Shown here: positions 21,489-32,126 of the stretch, in pieces | How positions within the stretch are numbered: position 1 is the stretch's first letter | Layout of the letters: the number at the start of each line of letters is the position of its first letter | Assembly: GCA_963703955.1 (NCBI GenBank) | Contig: CAVPGK010000015.1 | Location: 128,001 to 192,000 of the forward strand | From: Nitrospirota bacterium | Lineage (GTDB): Bacteria; Nitrospirota; Nitrospiria; Nitrospirales; Nitrospiraceae | Length of the DNA stretch: 64,000 nucleotides | Direction of reading: 5' to 3' | The notes under the pieces: generated by a model | Databases searched by the model: none | Told to the model about the DNA's origin: nothing | What the model saw: only the letters and a program-made list of their open reading frames with translations | Position numbers and translations under genes: made by a program

Positions 21489-22979
21489 CTAAAGAGTCTC
21501 CTGCGCATCCACCGGATCGGAGAGTGTGACCATGATGATCCTTTTCGTCGTCGGCGTGACACGAAAGCGATGATCCATTCGATGTCCCCCCACCCAGAGA
21601 ATGCCTTCCGGCGCCAAAACCAGGGGAACCTTGGTCCGCTCCGCTCGCGGCAACTTAATGTCCGAAAAGTAGTCTTGAAGCTTCTTGCGTCGGCCACCCA
21701 TACCCAGAGGCTGAAACGCGTCACCTGGCTGCCAACATCGCACGATCAGGCTCATCGCGAAGGAATCGGCATCCAACAGGGCTACGTTTCGTGATCGGGA
21801 CCCCACGTGCCCCGGGCCAGGCAGCACTGAGTGTACCAAACTTGTCCGAATCAGTTGTCCGGTTAGCGGCCAAGCCTGCGTCGAAGGAACAGGCAACAAG
21901 AACTCCATAGAACCGCTGTCCGCGGGAGGAGCCTGATCACACAACCGAACGGCGCACACGTGGATCTGGTTGTAGTCACGACTGATCCGACTCCTCTGAA
22001 CGATGAGCGATGAGCCGGACCGTCCACGCACGACGCGTGTGAGCACGGCCGACACGGCGCCGAACCCTGGCCCTTGAGTTATCCCCGACACTCGCCGGAT
22101 CGCCGCACGGACGATCCGGCGTTGAAGCGCCACGGGCAACGCGATGAGGCCCTCCCGATCCACGACAAGCTCGCCGTTGGACGCCTTGCGAACCAGCCCC
22201 AAGAGGTGATCCGCTGCGACCTGTTCGAGCCAGAGGTTCTCCTCACGAAGGATGTCGGCCTGCCGTCCCAGCACTTGGATAATCGACGGATTGAACGCGG
22301 TCAAGACAGGCATGAGTTCCTGACGGATACGGTTCCGCAAATAGACCGGCTTCGCATTGGTCGAATCGACCCGCCATGGTAACCCCTCGGCCTCCAAGTA
22401 GGCGAGCACATCCGCACGCCTCATCGCCAACAAGGGACGGATAAATAGGGATTCACGCGTCGGGGGGATCCCGGACAGCCCGAGCGGACCTGATCCCCGA
22501 AGCATCCACATGAGAAGGGTTTCAGCCTGATCATCCCCTGTGTGACCAAGCGCGATCCTATCGGCACCAATCGACGCGCCGATTCGCATCATGGCGCTGT
22601 AGCGAGCCTCTCGAGCAACTTCCTGAAGCGAGCGGCCTTTCCATCGACTTGACAGACCGGCCGGTCCACCGAGGTCAATGTTCTCGCTGATCAGTTCGAT
22701 CCCCATCCGACCACACAGATCGGCAACAAAGCGCGCATCTTGATGGGACTCCTCACCTCGAAGACCATAGTTGAAATGGACGGCGGACAAGCTGAGGCGC
22801 CACGAGGGGGCCAGGGCCGCCAAGACCGACAGGAGCGCGACTGAGTCGGGGCCGCCGGACACCGCGATGAGGATTTTTTCGCCGGGTTCGAAGAGGCGGG
22901 GCCTGTTCACCATTTCGGCGACCCGTCGAACGAACGTCGATCGAAGCCTCGCTTCGTGAACGGGCATCTTCATGGGCAT
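21489..22979 (-). CDS. tilS: tRNA(Ile)-lysidine synthase
   Basis: SGGPDS, AREARY, HTGDDQAET, RNRIR. Confidence 0.95.
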   Translation of the reverse strand: MPMKMPVHEARLRSTFVRRVAEMVNRPRLFEPGEKILIAVSGGPDSVALLSVLAALAPSWRLSLSAVHFNYGLRGEESHQDARFVADLCGRMGIELISENIDLGGPAGLSSRWKGRSLQEVAREARYSAMMRIGASIGADRIALGHTGDDQAETLLMWMLRGSGPLGLSGIPPTRESLFIRPLLAMRRADVLAYLEAEGLPWRVDSTNAKPVYLRNRIRQELMPVLTAFNPSIIQVLGRQADILREENLWLEQVAADHLLGLVRKASNGELVVDREGLIALPVALQRRIVRAAIRRVSGITQGPGFGAVSAVLTRVVRGRSGSSLIVQRSRISRDYNQIHVCAVRLCDQAPPADSGSMEFLLPVPSTQAWPLTGQLIRTSLVHSVLPGPGHVGSRSRNVALLDADSFAMSLIVRCWQPGDAFQPLGMGGRRKKLQDYFSDIKLPRAERTKVPLVLAPEGILWVGGHRMDHRFRVTPTTKRIIMVTLSDPVDAQETL

Positions 22980-22983
22980 CGCC

Positions 22984-23931
22984 TCACAGATCACTCCGTG
23001 ATGGAGAAATCGCCTTGAGCGTTTCCCTCGCAAGGGTCACATCCAGGTCAATGCGCGCGGACAGTTCTTCAGGTGTCTGAAAAACCCGATCTTCCCGGAG
23101 ACGATCAACGAACTGCACGCGAATGTGCTCATCGTACAGGTTGACCTGTTCATCCAGAAGATAAACTTCCAGCAGACGCTCCCCGGCACCAAAGGTGGGG
23201 CGCGTTCCGATATAGGAAACCGCTTCGAAGGTCCGCCTGTTCCACCACGTCCTGCTCGCATAGACCCCATCGGCGGGAATGACACGATCCTGAGGCAAGC
23301 GAAGATTGGCCGTCGGCCAGCCGAGTTTCTTCCCTCGATCCACCCCAGGGATCACAGTGCCGCTCAAGACATAGGGCCGGCCCAGAAAACGGGCTGCCCG
23401 CCGAACGTCTCCGGATTGCACCAGTGTTCGGATGCGTGTCGAGCTGACCACATCGCCGTCCACGCGGATCGCGGGCACGGCATGGACCCGAAATCCCGCC
23501 GTCGTTCCCAGCCGAACGAGGTCGCTCATCGTCCCGGTTCGGCCCTTTCCGAAGGCAAAGTGCTCTCCCACAAACAGTTCCCGCACCCCGATCCCGTCTC
23601 TCAACACGCCGAAGACGAACTCTGCCGGGGTCAAGGCCGCAAAGGCCGTGTTGAACTCAACAAAGATCACCTCTTCAATGCCGGCTTCTTGAAAGCGCGC
23701 GAGTTTGTCTTCCATAGTCATCAAAAAGCGGAGGACCGTTCCGGGAGACAAGACGGTGATGGGATGGGGATCGAACGTCAGCGCAACCGGCGTGCCGCCG
23801 TGCTGCGCCGCCTCCTGCACAACGGCCTGTAAGAGCGCCACATGCCCGAGGTGCTGGCCATCAAAATTGCCGATGGTAAGGACGGGGTATGGGGTTCGCT
23901 TATGCTCCGCGAGCCCCCGCGTGACTTTCAT
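22984..23931 (-). CDS. ribF: Bifunctional riboflavin kinase/FAD synthetase
   Basis: GNFDGQHLGH, SSTRIR, PTAN, GTRPTF. Confidence 0.95.
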   Translation of the reverse strand: MKVTRGLAEHKRTPYPVLTIGNFDGQHLGHVALLQAVVQEAAQHGGTPVALTFDPHPITVLSPGTVLRFLMTMEDKLARFQEAGIEEVIFVEFNTAFAALTPAEFVFGVLRDGIGVRELFVGEHFAFGKGRTGTMSDLVRLGTTAGFRVHAVPAIRVDGDVVSSTRIRTLVQSGDVRRAARFLGRPYVLSGTVIPGVDRGKKLGWPTANLRLPQDRVIPADGVYASRTWWNRRTFEAVSYIGTRPTFGAGERLLEVYLLDEQVNLYDEHIRVQFVDRLREDRVFQTPEELSARIDLDVTLARETLKAISPSRSDL

Positions 23932-23943
23932 GGCATCATCTCT

Positions 23944-24924
23944 TCATGCTCGTTCGTTCAAGAGTCTCGCGGCATCCTTGGCAAAATAGGTTAGGATGAG
24001 GTCGGCGCCCGCCCGTTTGATGGATAGCAACGATTCCATCATCGCCCGTGTTTCATCCAGCCAGCCGGCGCTGGCGGCGGCTTTGATCATGCTGTATTCT
24101 CCGCTGACCTGGTACGCAGCTACCGGCAAGGCAACGCGTGCCCGGGCCGCCGCGATCACATCCAGGAACGGCAGCGCCGGCTTGACCATGACGATATCCG
24201 CTCCCTCTTCGACGTCCAGGTCGATCTCGCGAAGGGCCTCCCGCCCATTGGCCACATCCATCTGATACGACCCGCGATCACCGAATTTGGGGGTGGAGTC
24301 TACTGCTTCACGAAACGGCGCGTAGAAGCAGGAGGCAAATTTGGCCGCGTATGACATGATCGGCAGATCGACAAACCCATGGCGGTCCAGTTCGTCGCGG
24401 ATGGCCGCCACGCGGCCATCCATCATGTCGGAAGGGGCCAGCATGTCCGCTCCCGCCTGCGCGTGTGTGCGCGCCATCGCCCGCAAACACTCCAACGTCT
24501 CGTCGTTGAGAATACGACCATCCTGCACCAAGCCACAGTGGCCGTGGGACGTGTATTCATCGATGCAGACATCCGTGATCACGAGCAACTCTGGCACCTG
24601 GTCCTTCAACATGCGCACGGCCTGTTGGACAATCCCGTCAGGATCATACGCCGACGACCCTCGCTCGTCTTTTCGGTCAGGGACGCCGAAAAGAATCACG
24701 GCAGGAATCCCGAGCAGTTTGACCTCCGCCGCTTCTTTGACGAGGAGATCCGCCGACCATCGGTACTGGCCCGGCATCGAGGTAATCTCTTCCCGCCGAT
24801 CCCGTCCCGTGGCGACAAACATGGGGTAAATCAAATCCTCGGTCGATAACTTCGTTTCTCGAACGAGACGGCGCAGCGGCTCATTCTGCCGCAATCGTCT
24901 CAATCGCTGTTGAGGAAACGCCAT
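23944..24924 (-). CDS. hemB: Porphobilinogen synthase
   Basis: [32 protein letters not shown]. Confidence 0.96.
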   Translation of the reverse strand: MAFPQQRLRRLRQNEPLRRLVRETKLSTEDLIYPMFVATGRDRREEITSMPGQYRWSADLLVKEAAEVKLLGIPAVILFGVPDRKDERGSSAYDPDGIVQQAVRMLKDQVPELLVITDVCIDEYTSHGHCGLVQDGRILNDETLECLRAMARTHAQAGADMLAPSDMMDGRVAAIRDELDRHGFVDLPIMSYAAKFASCFYAPFREAVDSTPKFGDRGSYQMDVANGREALREIDLDVEEGADIVMVKPALPFLDVIAAARARVALPVAAYQVSGEYSMIKAAASAGWLDETRAMMESLLSIKRAGADLILTYFAKDAARLLNERA

Positions 24925-24967
24925 ATTCAAACCCGATTGTAGAGCAACACTCGACGTGTGATCCGGT

Positions 24968-25089
24968 GGCTGCTCAAAATGGCCCTCCCAGGAATCCGCA
25001 GTGACTTCGGGACGCCGAGCCGTGCATTTCGCCTACGTCGACGCATCCGAACGACTGACAATGAAGTTGGGGCCCTTTTTTCAGCAACC
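24968..25089. mobile_element. MITE-like repeat with IS5-type ends
   Basis: GGCTGCTCAAAATGGCCC ... GGGCCCTTTTTTCAGCAACC; next to the TAG of the CBS gene. Confidence 0.6.
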
Positions 25090-25090
25090 G

Positions 25091-25483
25091 CTATTTTCTT
25101 GGAAGATTGGTCAGGAACACGACCAGATCCCGCACGGAGATCATGCCGACTAATTTTCCGTTCCGCGTGACGCCCAGATGCCGGAGGTGCGAGTTCGCCA
25201 TAATGTCATTGGCATCAAGCAGCGTTTTGTTTTCTTCGATCGTGACGATCGGCGCCGACATGATCTGCTCAATGGCCATCTTCGCAGGATCTCCTCCGAC
25301 GGCCACCGCGCGTCGCACCATATCCGTATCGGTCACGATACCGATAATCTCCTTGCCACGGGAGATGAACAGACTGCCGATATTCCGATCGCGCATGATT
25401 TCCGCCGCCTTTCGGACGTCGGTATCGCGGTCGACCGTGACGAATTTTTCCGCAGGGATCATGAATGATTTCACTGGCACCAT
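25091..25483 (-). CDS. CBS-pair domain protein
   Basis: IIGIVTDTD, LVGMISVRD. Confidence 0.85.
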   Translation of the reverse strand: MVPVKSFMIPAEKFVTVDRDTDVRKAAEIMRDRNIGSLFISRGKEIIGIVTDTDMVRRAVAVGGDPAKMAIEQIMSAPIVTIEENKTLLDANDIMANSHLRHLGVTRNGKLVGMISVRDLVVFLTNLPRK

Positions 25484-25594
25484 GCTGATTCTCTCCTTTC
25501 AACAGTTCTGCCAAAAACCGCCCACACGATCACCGTCTCACTCCTCCATCCGATCGCTCAGAGCCTCACCGGAAGCATGTTCGTTGCTCGACGG

Positions 25595-27148
25595 TTAATG
25601 GCTGGCGCGCTGAAAATGATCGACAATGGCCCGCACCAGCGCCGGAATCGTATTTTCCTCAGCCAAGACCGCAACCACCAGTCCTTCCTCCTCGGCAGTC
25701 TGCGCGGTGATCGGACCGATACAGGCCACAGCGGAACCCGCCATGAGTTTGTTCATCTCTTCCCGACTATCGAACAGCCCGCAAAAGTTGCGTACCGTCG
25801 ACGAACTGGCGAAGGTCACCACGTCGATCTCATGACGAACGAATCGGTCTTTCAATTGCCCGACTTCGAGAGATGCGCGGACCGTCCGGTACACGGTCAC
25901 GACCCGCACGTCGGCGCCCATCTGGCGAAGTTGTTCAGGAAGAATCTCCCTCGCCATGGCCGCTCGCGCGATCAGAACTCGCTGTCCTGTCACCTCGGCT
26001 TTCAGAGCGTCGATGAGCCCTTCGGCCTGAAATTGACCAGGAATCACATCGGCGCTCAATCCGTATCGGCTCAACTCCTCCGCCGTTCTGGGGCCGATGC
26101 AGCAGAGCCTGAGACCCGAGAATGCCCGAGCATCCCGGCCTTGCTGCCGAAGGCGTTCCATGAAAGGGCGCACCCCGTTGACGCTCGTGAAGACCAACCA
26201 CTGAAAACGAGTCAACTCGGCAATAGCTGTATCCACCTCTGTCCAGTCTTCCGGGGGGGCAATTTGAATCACCGGACATTCGACCGGTTCGGCTCCATGA
26301 TCCAGCAACAAACGAGACAGCTCTCCGGCCTGTTCCCGAGCACGGGTCACCAGAATCCGCTTGCCGAACAAAGGCTTGCGCTCGAACCAGTTTAATTGCT
26401 CTCGAAGGCGAACGACGTTCCCTACAACGATCACGGTTGGCGGTTCGATCGCCGCGTGCGCGGCCTTCTGCACGATATCGCCCAACGTTCCGACCACGGT
26501 ACGCTGCGTTGAGCGAGTCCCCCAACGGATCAACGCCACTGGCGTGTCAACCGACTTTCCCTCCGTCGTCAGGTGTTCGACAAGAGCCGGCAGGTTCTTC
26601 AGCCCCATGAGGAATACCAGGGTGCCGTTGCCGGAGGCCAATCTCGGCCACTCCAATCTTGTTCCCCCTTTTGCCGGATCCTCGTGCCCTGTCACGAACG
26701 TGACCGTCGATGCCAACGTCCGATGGGTCACCGGAATGCCTGCATAGGCCGGCACCGCCACAGCCGACGTCACACCGGGAACGACCTCGAAAGGAATTCC
26801 TGAGGCGGCAACGGCTTCAGCTTCTTCCCCCCCACGTCCGAAGACAAAGGGATCTCCTCCCTTGAGCCGTACGACAATTTTGCCTTCACGGGCCTTGTCG
26901 ATGAGTAACCGGTTCACCTCCTTTTGATCCTGGTAGGCCCCTCGACCCCGGCGACCGACATACAATCGCTCGGCGTGAGCCGGAACGAGATCGAGAAGGA
27001 CAGGATTGGCTAAGTAGTCATAGAGCACGACATCTGCCTGTTCGAGGCATTCTTTACCCCGAATCGTTAATAGTCGAGGGTCTCCTGGACCTGATCCAAC
27101 TAAATAAACTTTTCCATAGTTCACAGATGATTTCTCAGGCTTGACCAT
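25595..27148 (-). CDS. cobA: Uroporphyrinogen-III C-methyltransferase / uroporphyrinogen-III synthase fusion (CobA-HemD)
   Basis: [23 protein letters not shown]; HemD half with FTSVNGV, FASSS, IGPIT. Confidence 0.93.
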   Translation of the reverse strand: MVKPEKSSVNYGKVYLVGSGPGDPRLLTIRGKECLEQADVVLYDYLANPVLLDLVPAHAERLYVGRRGRGAYQDQKEVNRLLIDKAREGKIVVRLKGGDPFVFGRGGEEAEAVAASGIPFEVVPGVTSAVAVPAYAGIPVTHRTLASTVTFVTGHEDPAKGGTRLEWPRLASGNGTLVFLMGLKNLPALVEHLTTEGKSVDTPVALIRWGTRSTQRTVVGTLGDIVQKAAHAAIEPPTVIVVGNVVRLREQLNWFERKPLFGKRILVTRAREQAGELSRLLLDHGAEPVECPVIQIAPPEDWTEVDTAIAELTRFQWLVFTSVNGVRPFMERLRQQGRDARAFSGLRLCCIGPRTAEELSRYGLSADVIPGQFQAEGLIDALKAEVTGQRVLIARAAMAREILPEQLRQMGADVRVVTVYRTVRASLEVGQLKDRFVRHEIDVVTFASSSTVRNFCGLFDSREEMNKLMAGSAVACIGPITAQTAEEEGLVVAVLAEENTIPALVRAIVDHFQRASH

Positions 27149-28094
27149 AGATTTCTTTCAGGATTGACTCACCCCCTCCCGCAAGCAGCCGTTCCGCCAA
27201 CCGAACACCCAAACTATGCCCGTCAGTTGCAGATCCCTGAACCGAGTCACGCACAATGCGCCGACCGTCTATACTCGCAATGAGCCCCTCAAGGACCACC
27301 TGCTCTTCCTTGATCACCGCGTGCGCAGCGATGGGAACCTGACACCCCCCTTCCAGCCGCTCGAGCAGTGCTCGCTCGGCCATGACGGCGATGCGTGTCG
27401 GAGAGTGATCCAAGCCCGAGACGAGACTTCGAACAAATGAATCATCGCGCCGCCCTTCCAGCGCTAAGGCACCCTGTCCGATCGCCGGAAGGCTTACAGC
27501 GAAGGGGAGGTATTCCGTCACTTCACCGTCCCAGCCCATGCGTCTCAGGCCTGCCGCCGCCAAGACAATGGCATCATACTCGCCAGTGCGCAGTTTGCGG
27601 AGTCGACTGTCCAAATTTCCGCGCAACATTTCGATCCGAAGGTCCGACCGGTGATGGAGAAGCTGTGACTGCCGACGTAGGCTGCTGGTTCCGACACGCG
27701 CTCCCTGGGGAAGCCGTTCCAACGTGAACGCCTCCCGGCTGACCAACGCATCTCTCGGATCCTCTCTCGCCGGAACACAGAGGATCTCGAGTGCGTCAGG
27801 AAGAACGGTCGGCACATCTTTCATGCTGTGAACGGCAAGATCGATGTCGCCTTGGATAAGCGCATCTTCGATTTCCTTGACAAACAGCCCCTTGCCGCCA
27901 ACCTTCGCCAGAGGAACGTCCAATATCTTATCGCCAGATGTCTTGATACGCCGTAGGGATACTCTGACGTCCGCAGAGATCTCCCGCAACCGGGCTTGTA
28001 CCCATTCCGCCTGCCACATCGCCAAGCGGCTGCCCCGCGTTCCGATCACGACCGACCCGCGTGGCGCCTGGGATGTCTTGACCGTGACGCTCAC
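27135..28094 (-). CDS. hemC: Hydroxymethylbilane synthase
   Basis: GTRGSRLA, HSMKD, GTSSLRR, GGCQVP. Confidence 0.96.
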   Translation of the reverse strand: MSVTVKTSQAPRGSVVIGTRGSRLAMWQAEWVQARLREISADVRVSLRRIKTSGDKILDVPLAKVGGKGLFVKEIEDALIQGDIDLAVHSMKDVPTVLPDALEILCVPAREDPRDALVSREAFTLERLPQGARVGTSSLRRQSQLLHHRSDLRIEMLRGNLDSRLRKLRTGEYDAIVLAAAGLRRMGWDGEVTEYLPFAVSLPAIGQGALALEGRRDDSFVRSLVSGLDHSPTRIAVMAERALLERLEGGCQVPIAAHAVIKEEQVVLEGLIASIDGRRIVRDSVQGSATDGHSLGVRLAERLLAGGGESILKEIYGQA

Positions 28095-28408
28095 CGTCCC
28101 CGCTCCCGGTATGGACTGTCAAACGGCACCCCCCTGGATGTTCCCGAGCCCGGCAGTTTTTCCTGGTCATCGCCCAATGCCGCGGCCGGCCTTTGCCGAG
28201 AGATCGCGACGCCGTCCCTGTAATATGAAGAAACCAAAAAGAAACTCATCAATCCTAGGATCACCAGCAAGTAGACCAGGATATCCCAGCGGAACCCTTC
28301 TTTCTCACGGTAGTCATATCCACACCGGGGACAGTCGGGGAGCGGATCGTGCCCCAGGTAAGTGTGGCGGCACTTGGGACAAGTAAAGAGCTTCGGTCCC
28401 TTAGCCAT
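28091..28408 (-). CDS. Small Zn-ribbon + TM hypothetical protein
   Basis: CPKC...CPRC, one TM helix; GGAG RBS; overlaps the hemC start. Confidence 0.7.
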   Translation of the reverse strand: MAKGPKLFTCPKCRHTYLGHDPLPDCPRCGYDYREKEGFRWDILVYLLVILGLMSFFLVSSYYRDGVAISRQRPAAALGDDQEKLPGSGTSRGVPFDSPYRERGR

Positions 28409-28427
28409 AACCGTGTCTCCACATCCA

Positions 28428-29836
28428 TCAAAAGTTGGGCTGTGAGTCCCCTAACGGCTTGTCATCGGGCCCTGTCTCTCTTTCTTGCGCGACGGCAGAC
28501 GATTTCACGGAGACCAGCGGGTCCGACGCATTGATCTCTTCTCCCTCGATCCCGGAGAGAGAGGCGGCAAGATCGTCCAGACTAAAAAATCTTCGCGCCG
28601 CCTCGACGAACATGGATCCGCTCGCCGAATGGGCTTCCGCTTTCAACGTCATCAACGGACCATGAAGAAGCTTGTTCACGATGCCTGCCGCCAGGCTCTC
28701 GACAACCGTGCGGTCTTGGGGGGAAGGTTCTTCAGACGGCTGAGGGTTTTTTCGAGTTCGGCTTGCCTGATTCCTTCGGCTCGCTTTCTCAACGCCACGA
28801 TCGTCGGCGTGACTTCAAGGGCTTTCAACCATTGCACGATGACCCCGACCTCTTCCTCTACCAAACCCTCCGCTTTCGCGGCCTCGCGCCGTCGTTCCTC
28901 CCGATTATGCTCGACGCGCATCTCAAGATCATCGACGTCGAAGAGGAACGCATTATCGATCTCCTTCACCGCCGGCTCAATGTTTCTCGGAACGGAGATA
29001 TCGATCAGAAAAATAGGACGATTCATTCGCTGGCGGATGGCCCTCTGCACATCCTCCATTCGAATCAGATAATGCGATGCCCCCGTCGAGCACAGGACGA
29101 TATCCGCCTCGGCCATTTCATGCCGAAAATTCTCGTGGGGGATCGGAACGCCATTGAAGCGCTTCGCGAGATCAATCGCGCTGTGCATGTCACGCGTGGT
29201 GATCATGACCCGCCTGACACCGTTATTGACGAGATGCCGGGCCGCCAACTTGGCCATCTCCCCCGCGCCGACCAACAGGACGGTTTTCTCACTAAGATTG
29301 GAAAAAATCTTCTTGGCCAGCTCGACTGCGGCATAACTGACGGAGACCGCAGCCTCGGCAATCTTTGTCTCCGTCCTTACCCGTTTCGCGACTGAAATCG
29401 CCTTCTTCACCAGCTTATTAAGAATCACGCCGCTCGCCTTGTGCGTCAACGCGACTTCAAACGCCTCTTTGAGTTGACCCAGGATTTGGGGCTCTCCAAT
29501 CACCATCGAGTCCAGGCTAGCGGCGACGCGAAACAAGTGGCTGATCGCTCGATCGCCGGTGTTCCAGTACAGGTGCGGAGTCAGTTCCTCGGAGGAAAGC
29601 GCGAGATGGGTGTCGGCGAGGAACTCCTGGACACGGCTGTACCCGGCTTCGACCTCATCGACCACCGCATAGACCTCAACCCGATTGCAGGTGGAGAGCA
29701 GAACGCCTTCCCTGATGCCGGGGTACGCGCACAGGCGGTGAAGCGCCTCGCCCAACCGACTTTCAGGAACCGCCAGTTTCTCCCGCACCTCGATCGGCGC
29801 AGTCTTGTGGCTGAGTCCAACGACTATGATGTGCAT
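28428..29836 (-). CDS. hemA: Glutamyl-tRNA reductase (apparent 1-nt deletion in a C-run near 28720)
   Basis: STCNRVE, GEPQILGQ, GAGEM; C-terminus NKLLHGP lies in a shifted frame. Confidence 0.94.
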
Positions 29837-29839
29837 AGA

Positions 29840-30643
29840 TCAAGCTACCGGACCGTGACCCTTGACCACTATCCCGATGAATGTCAGCACAACCCCGGCA
29901 AACCCGATGATCGTGAGATATGCCGCTCGCTTGGCTCGCCATCCTACGGTCAGTCGACCGACAAGCACGACAAAATAAAACACCCAGGTCACCAAGGCCC
30001 ACGTCTGTTCGGGGTTCCAGTTCAGATACGACCCTCTCGCGAATTCCGCGGAGATCGCCCCCACGATGATGCCCAACGTCAATAATGGAAACCCGAAGAC
30101 GATGGACCACTGGTTCAGTTGATCAAGAAAATCGAGGGGGGGCAATTTGGAATAGAGCACGTTGAACCGCTTCGATTTCAGCAAGCGTTCTTGAATGAGG
30201 TACATCAGGCCGGCCACGAACGCCACGGCGAACCCTACTGTCCCGAGGATACTCAACGTCACATGCAACCATACGGTGCTAAGGACTGGTTCCAGGGTCG
30301 GAACTTCTTTCGGTAAAGCAGCCGCCGAGAGGAGAGAAATGAAAGCGAGAGGGAGAATGAACAGGCCCAGAATGTGGATGCGATGTCGGGCTTCAACCCA
30401 CAGGAAGACCAAGACCAGGGCCCAGGAAAAGAACGAGATCGCTTCGTGGGAACTCGTTAAGGGGACATGGCCCGCCGCCATCATTCGAGTGATGAGCGCC
30501 ACCGTGTGTGAAAGAAACCCGAGGCCCGTAATGACGAGAGACACTTTGGAGAGAGTTTCGGACCGACGGACGAGGTAAGCCGAATAGCATGCGGTGCCTC
30601 CAAGATACAACACCATAGTGGTCATAATAAATATGACCGACAT
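29840..30643 (-). CDS. ccsA: Cytochrome c assembly protein, CcsA family
   Basis: About 8 TM helices, conserved His, W-rich loop, typical position upstream of hemA. Confidence 0.8.
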   Translation of the reverse strand: MSVIFIMTTMVLYLGGTACYSAYLVRRSETLSKVSLVITGLGFLSHTVALITRMMAAGHVPLTSSHEAISFFSWALVLVFLWVEARHRIHILGLFILPLAFISLLSAAALPKEVPTLEPVLSTVWLHVTLSILGTVGFAVAFVAGLMYLIQERLLKSKRFNVLYSKLPPLDFLDQLNQWSIVFGFPLLTLGIIVGAISAEFARGSYLNWNPEQTWALVTWVFYFVVLVGRLTVGWRAKRAAYLTIIGFAGVVLTFIGIVVKGHGPVA

Positions 30644-30693
30644 GTGAATCTATCCTCGCAAAATTTCAGAACAAATCACCAGGAGGCTCGTCG

Positions 30694-30723
30694 ATTATAG
30701 CTGCTGAAATTTGGATGAGTCAA
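30694..30723 (-). promoter_or_regulatory. sigma70 promoter of the ccsA-hem operon
   Basis: TTGACT-18-TATAAT. Confidence 0.6.
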
Positions 30724-30774
30724 GGAAAGTTGCGGGCTCGGACTCGCCTCGCTGGACGAGACCATCCGATCGGA

Positions 30775-30960
30775 TCAGGACCCGGCTAAGTAATCTCGCT
30801 GGACTGGGGCGGTAGTCGGAAAGGCGAGCTCATCCCAAGGAATTTCTTCATGAGCAAAGGTTTGCGCGTCCAGGGTTCGGTCACCGGCGCGCGGTTCCAC
30901 GCCCATCAGCTCACCGACAATGATGAAGAACACGCCATTGGACTTCCCGCCATCCGATGG
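30775..30960 (-). pseudogene. C-terminal remnant of a Nudix hydrolase
   Basis: AGDRTLDAQTFAHEEIPWDELAFPTT..RDYL*; in-frame stop upstream and no Nudix box. Confidence 0.5.
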
Positions 30961-30992
30961 TAGGATGCTCCAATCTTACTGTATGGTGATCG

Positions 30993-31688
30993 ATGGCGGG
31001 CATTCTCTACGTGGTCAGTACTCCGATCGGGAATCCAGAGGATCTCACCTTTCGCGCCCTTCGCGTCTTGCGCGAGGTACAGTGGATAGCGTCTGAAAAT
31101 CCTCAGCAGACCCAACAGCTCCTGGACCATTATGCCGTGGGCACGCCGCTGACAACCTATCACAATCTCAATAAGGAAGAAAAAACTTCTCTCCTCACGA
31201 CCAGGCTTTTGGAAGGAGAAAGTGTGGCCCTCGTGTCGGATGGCGGAACACCTGCGATTTTCGATCCCGGTTATTTTCTTATCTCGCAAGCCATTGCGTC
31301 TGACATCCAAGTCGTGCCGATCCCCGGCGCCTCCGCCGTGATCTCGGCCGCCGCAGCCTCCGGCATACAGACAGAAGCGTTCATCGTTCACGGTTGGTTT
31401 CCGGAGCGGCCGGAGCCGAAACGACGGTTCCTGGAAACCTTGCGAGGAGAGCGCCGGACCCTCATTCTCTTGGTTCAGCCGGGGTGCCTTCGGCGCACCC
31501 TTGAGTCGCTGAGCCCCGTGCTTGGCGCTCGCCGTGTGGCCGTGGCAAGGAACCTGACGCTGCCGGACGAACAGTTTCTCCGTGGAACTGCGGCCGAACT
31601 CCTTCAGCACGCTCGCCGACGACCCATTCAAGGCGAGGTGACGTTGGTCATCCAAGGGGCAGGACGAAAGACATCGAGGCGAGGATAA
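30993..31688 (+). CDS. rsmI: 16S rRNA (cytidine1402-2'-O)-methyltransferase-like
   Basis: LYVVSTPIGN, LVSDGGTP, PIPGASA; some motifs divergent. Confidence 0.85.
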   Translation: MAGILYVVSTPIGNPEDLTFRALRVLREVQWIASENPQQTQQLLDHYAVGTPLTTYHNLNKEEKTSLLTTRLLEGESVALVSDGGTPAIFDPGYFLISQAIASDIQVVPIPGASAVISAAAASGIQTEAFIVHGWFPERPEPKRRFLETLRGERRTLILLVQPGCLRRTLESLSPVLGARRVAVARNLTLPDEQFLRGTAAELLQHARRRPIQGEVTLVIQGAGRKTSRRG

Positions 31689-31696
31689 TGGGCAGA

Positions 31697-31957
31697 TCAG
31701 CCGGGACGCTTGCGAATCACGACTCGATAAGACCGGATGAGCGGTTCTTGCCGAAGCACTTCATGACCATCATCACTCACACTGCGCGGGACGTTTCGGA
31801 TTGGCTCACCGTCGTCAAGAATCACGGCGAGCACTTGGCCGGGTTCCATGGTTTCCAGCCTAAGCTTGGTCTTGACGAAATTGTAGGGACAGATCACGCC
31901 GCGTAGATCCAATTCTGCATCAACCTTCAACTCTGCGTTTCCTCCTCTTGATTCCAT
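31697..31957 (-). CDS. TusA/SirA-family sulfurtransferase
   Basis: LDLRGVICPYNFVKTKL. Confidence 0.85.
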   Translation of the reverse strand: MESRGGNAELKVDAELDLRGVICPYNFVKTKLRLETMEPGQVLAVILDDGEPIRNVPRSVSDDGHEVLRQEPLIRSYRVVIRKRPG

Positions 31958-32058
31958 GCTGGTATTGAACCTCAACTCATCGCCATGTCTCGTAGGCAGA
32001 TACTATCAGGCATGGCGATGGCGAACAAGAGATGGACTTCCGATGCTGGGTTCTCTCC

Positions 32059-32086
32059 AAAAAAAGGGCGGCTTCACAGCCGCCCT
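32059..32086 (-). terminator. Intrinsic terminator
   Basis: AGGGCGGCT-loop-AGCCGCCCT followed by a U-run on the minus strand. Confidence 0.75.
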
Positions 32087-32126
32087 CAGAGTTCCCCAAG
32101 CCGAGTGCCTGAGCAAGCCAACCGGC

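Noticed and set aside
28700..28730. Programmed frameshifting in hemA, mtnA or ndk
   Set aside because: No canonical slippery sites; several short-run indels are better explained by sequencing error
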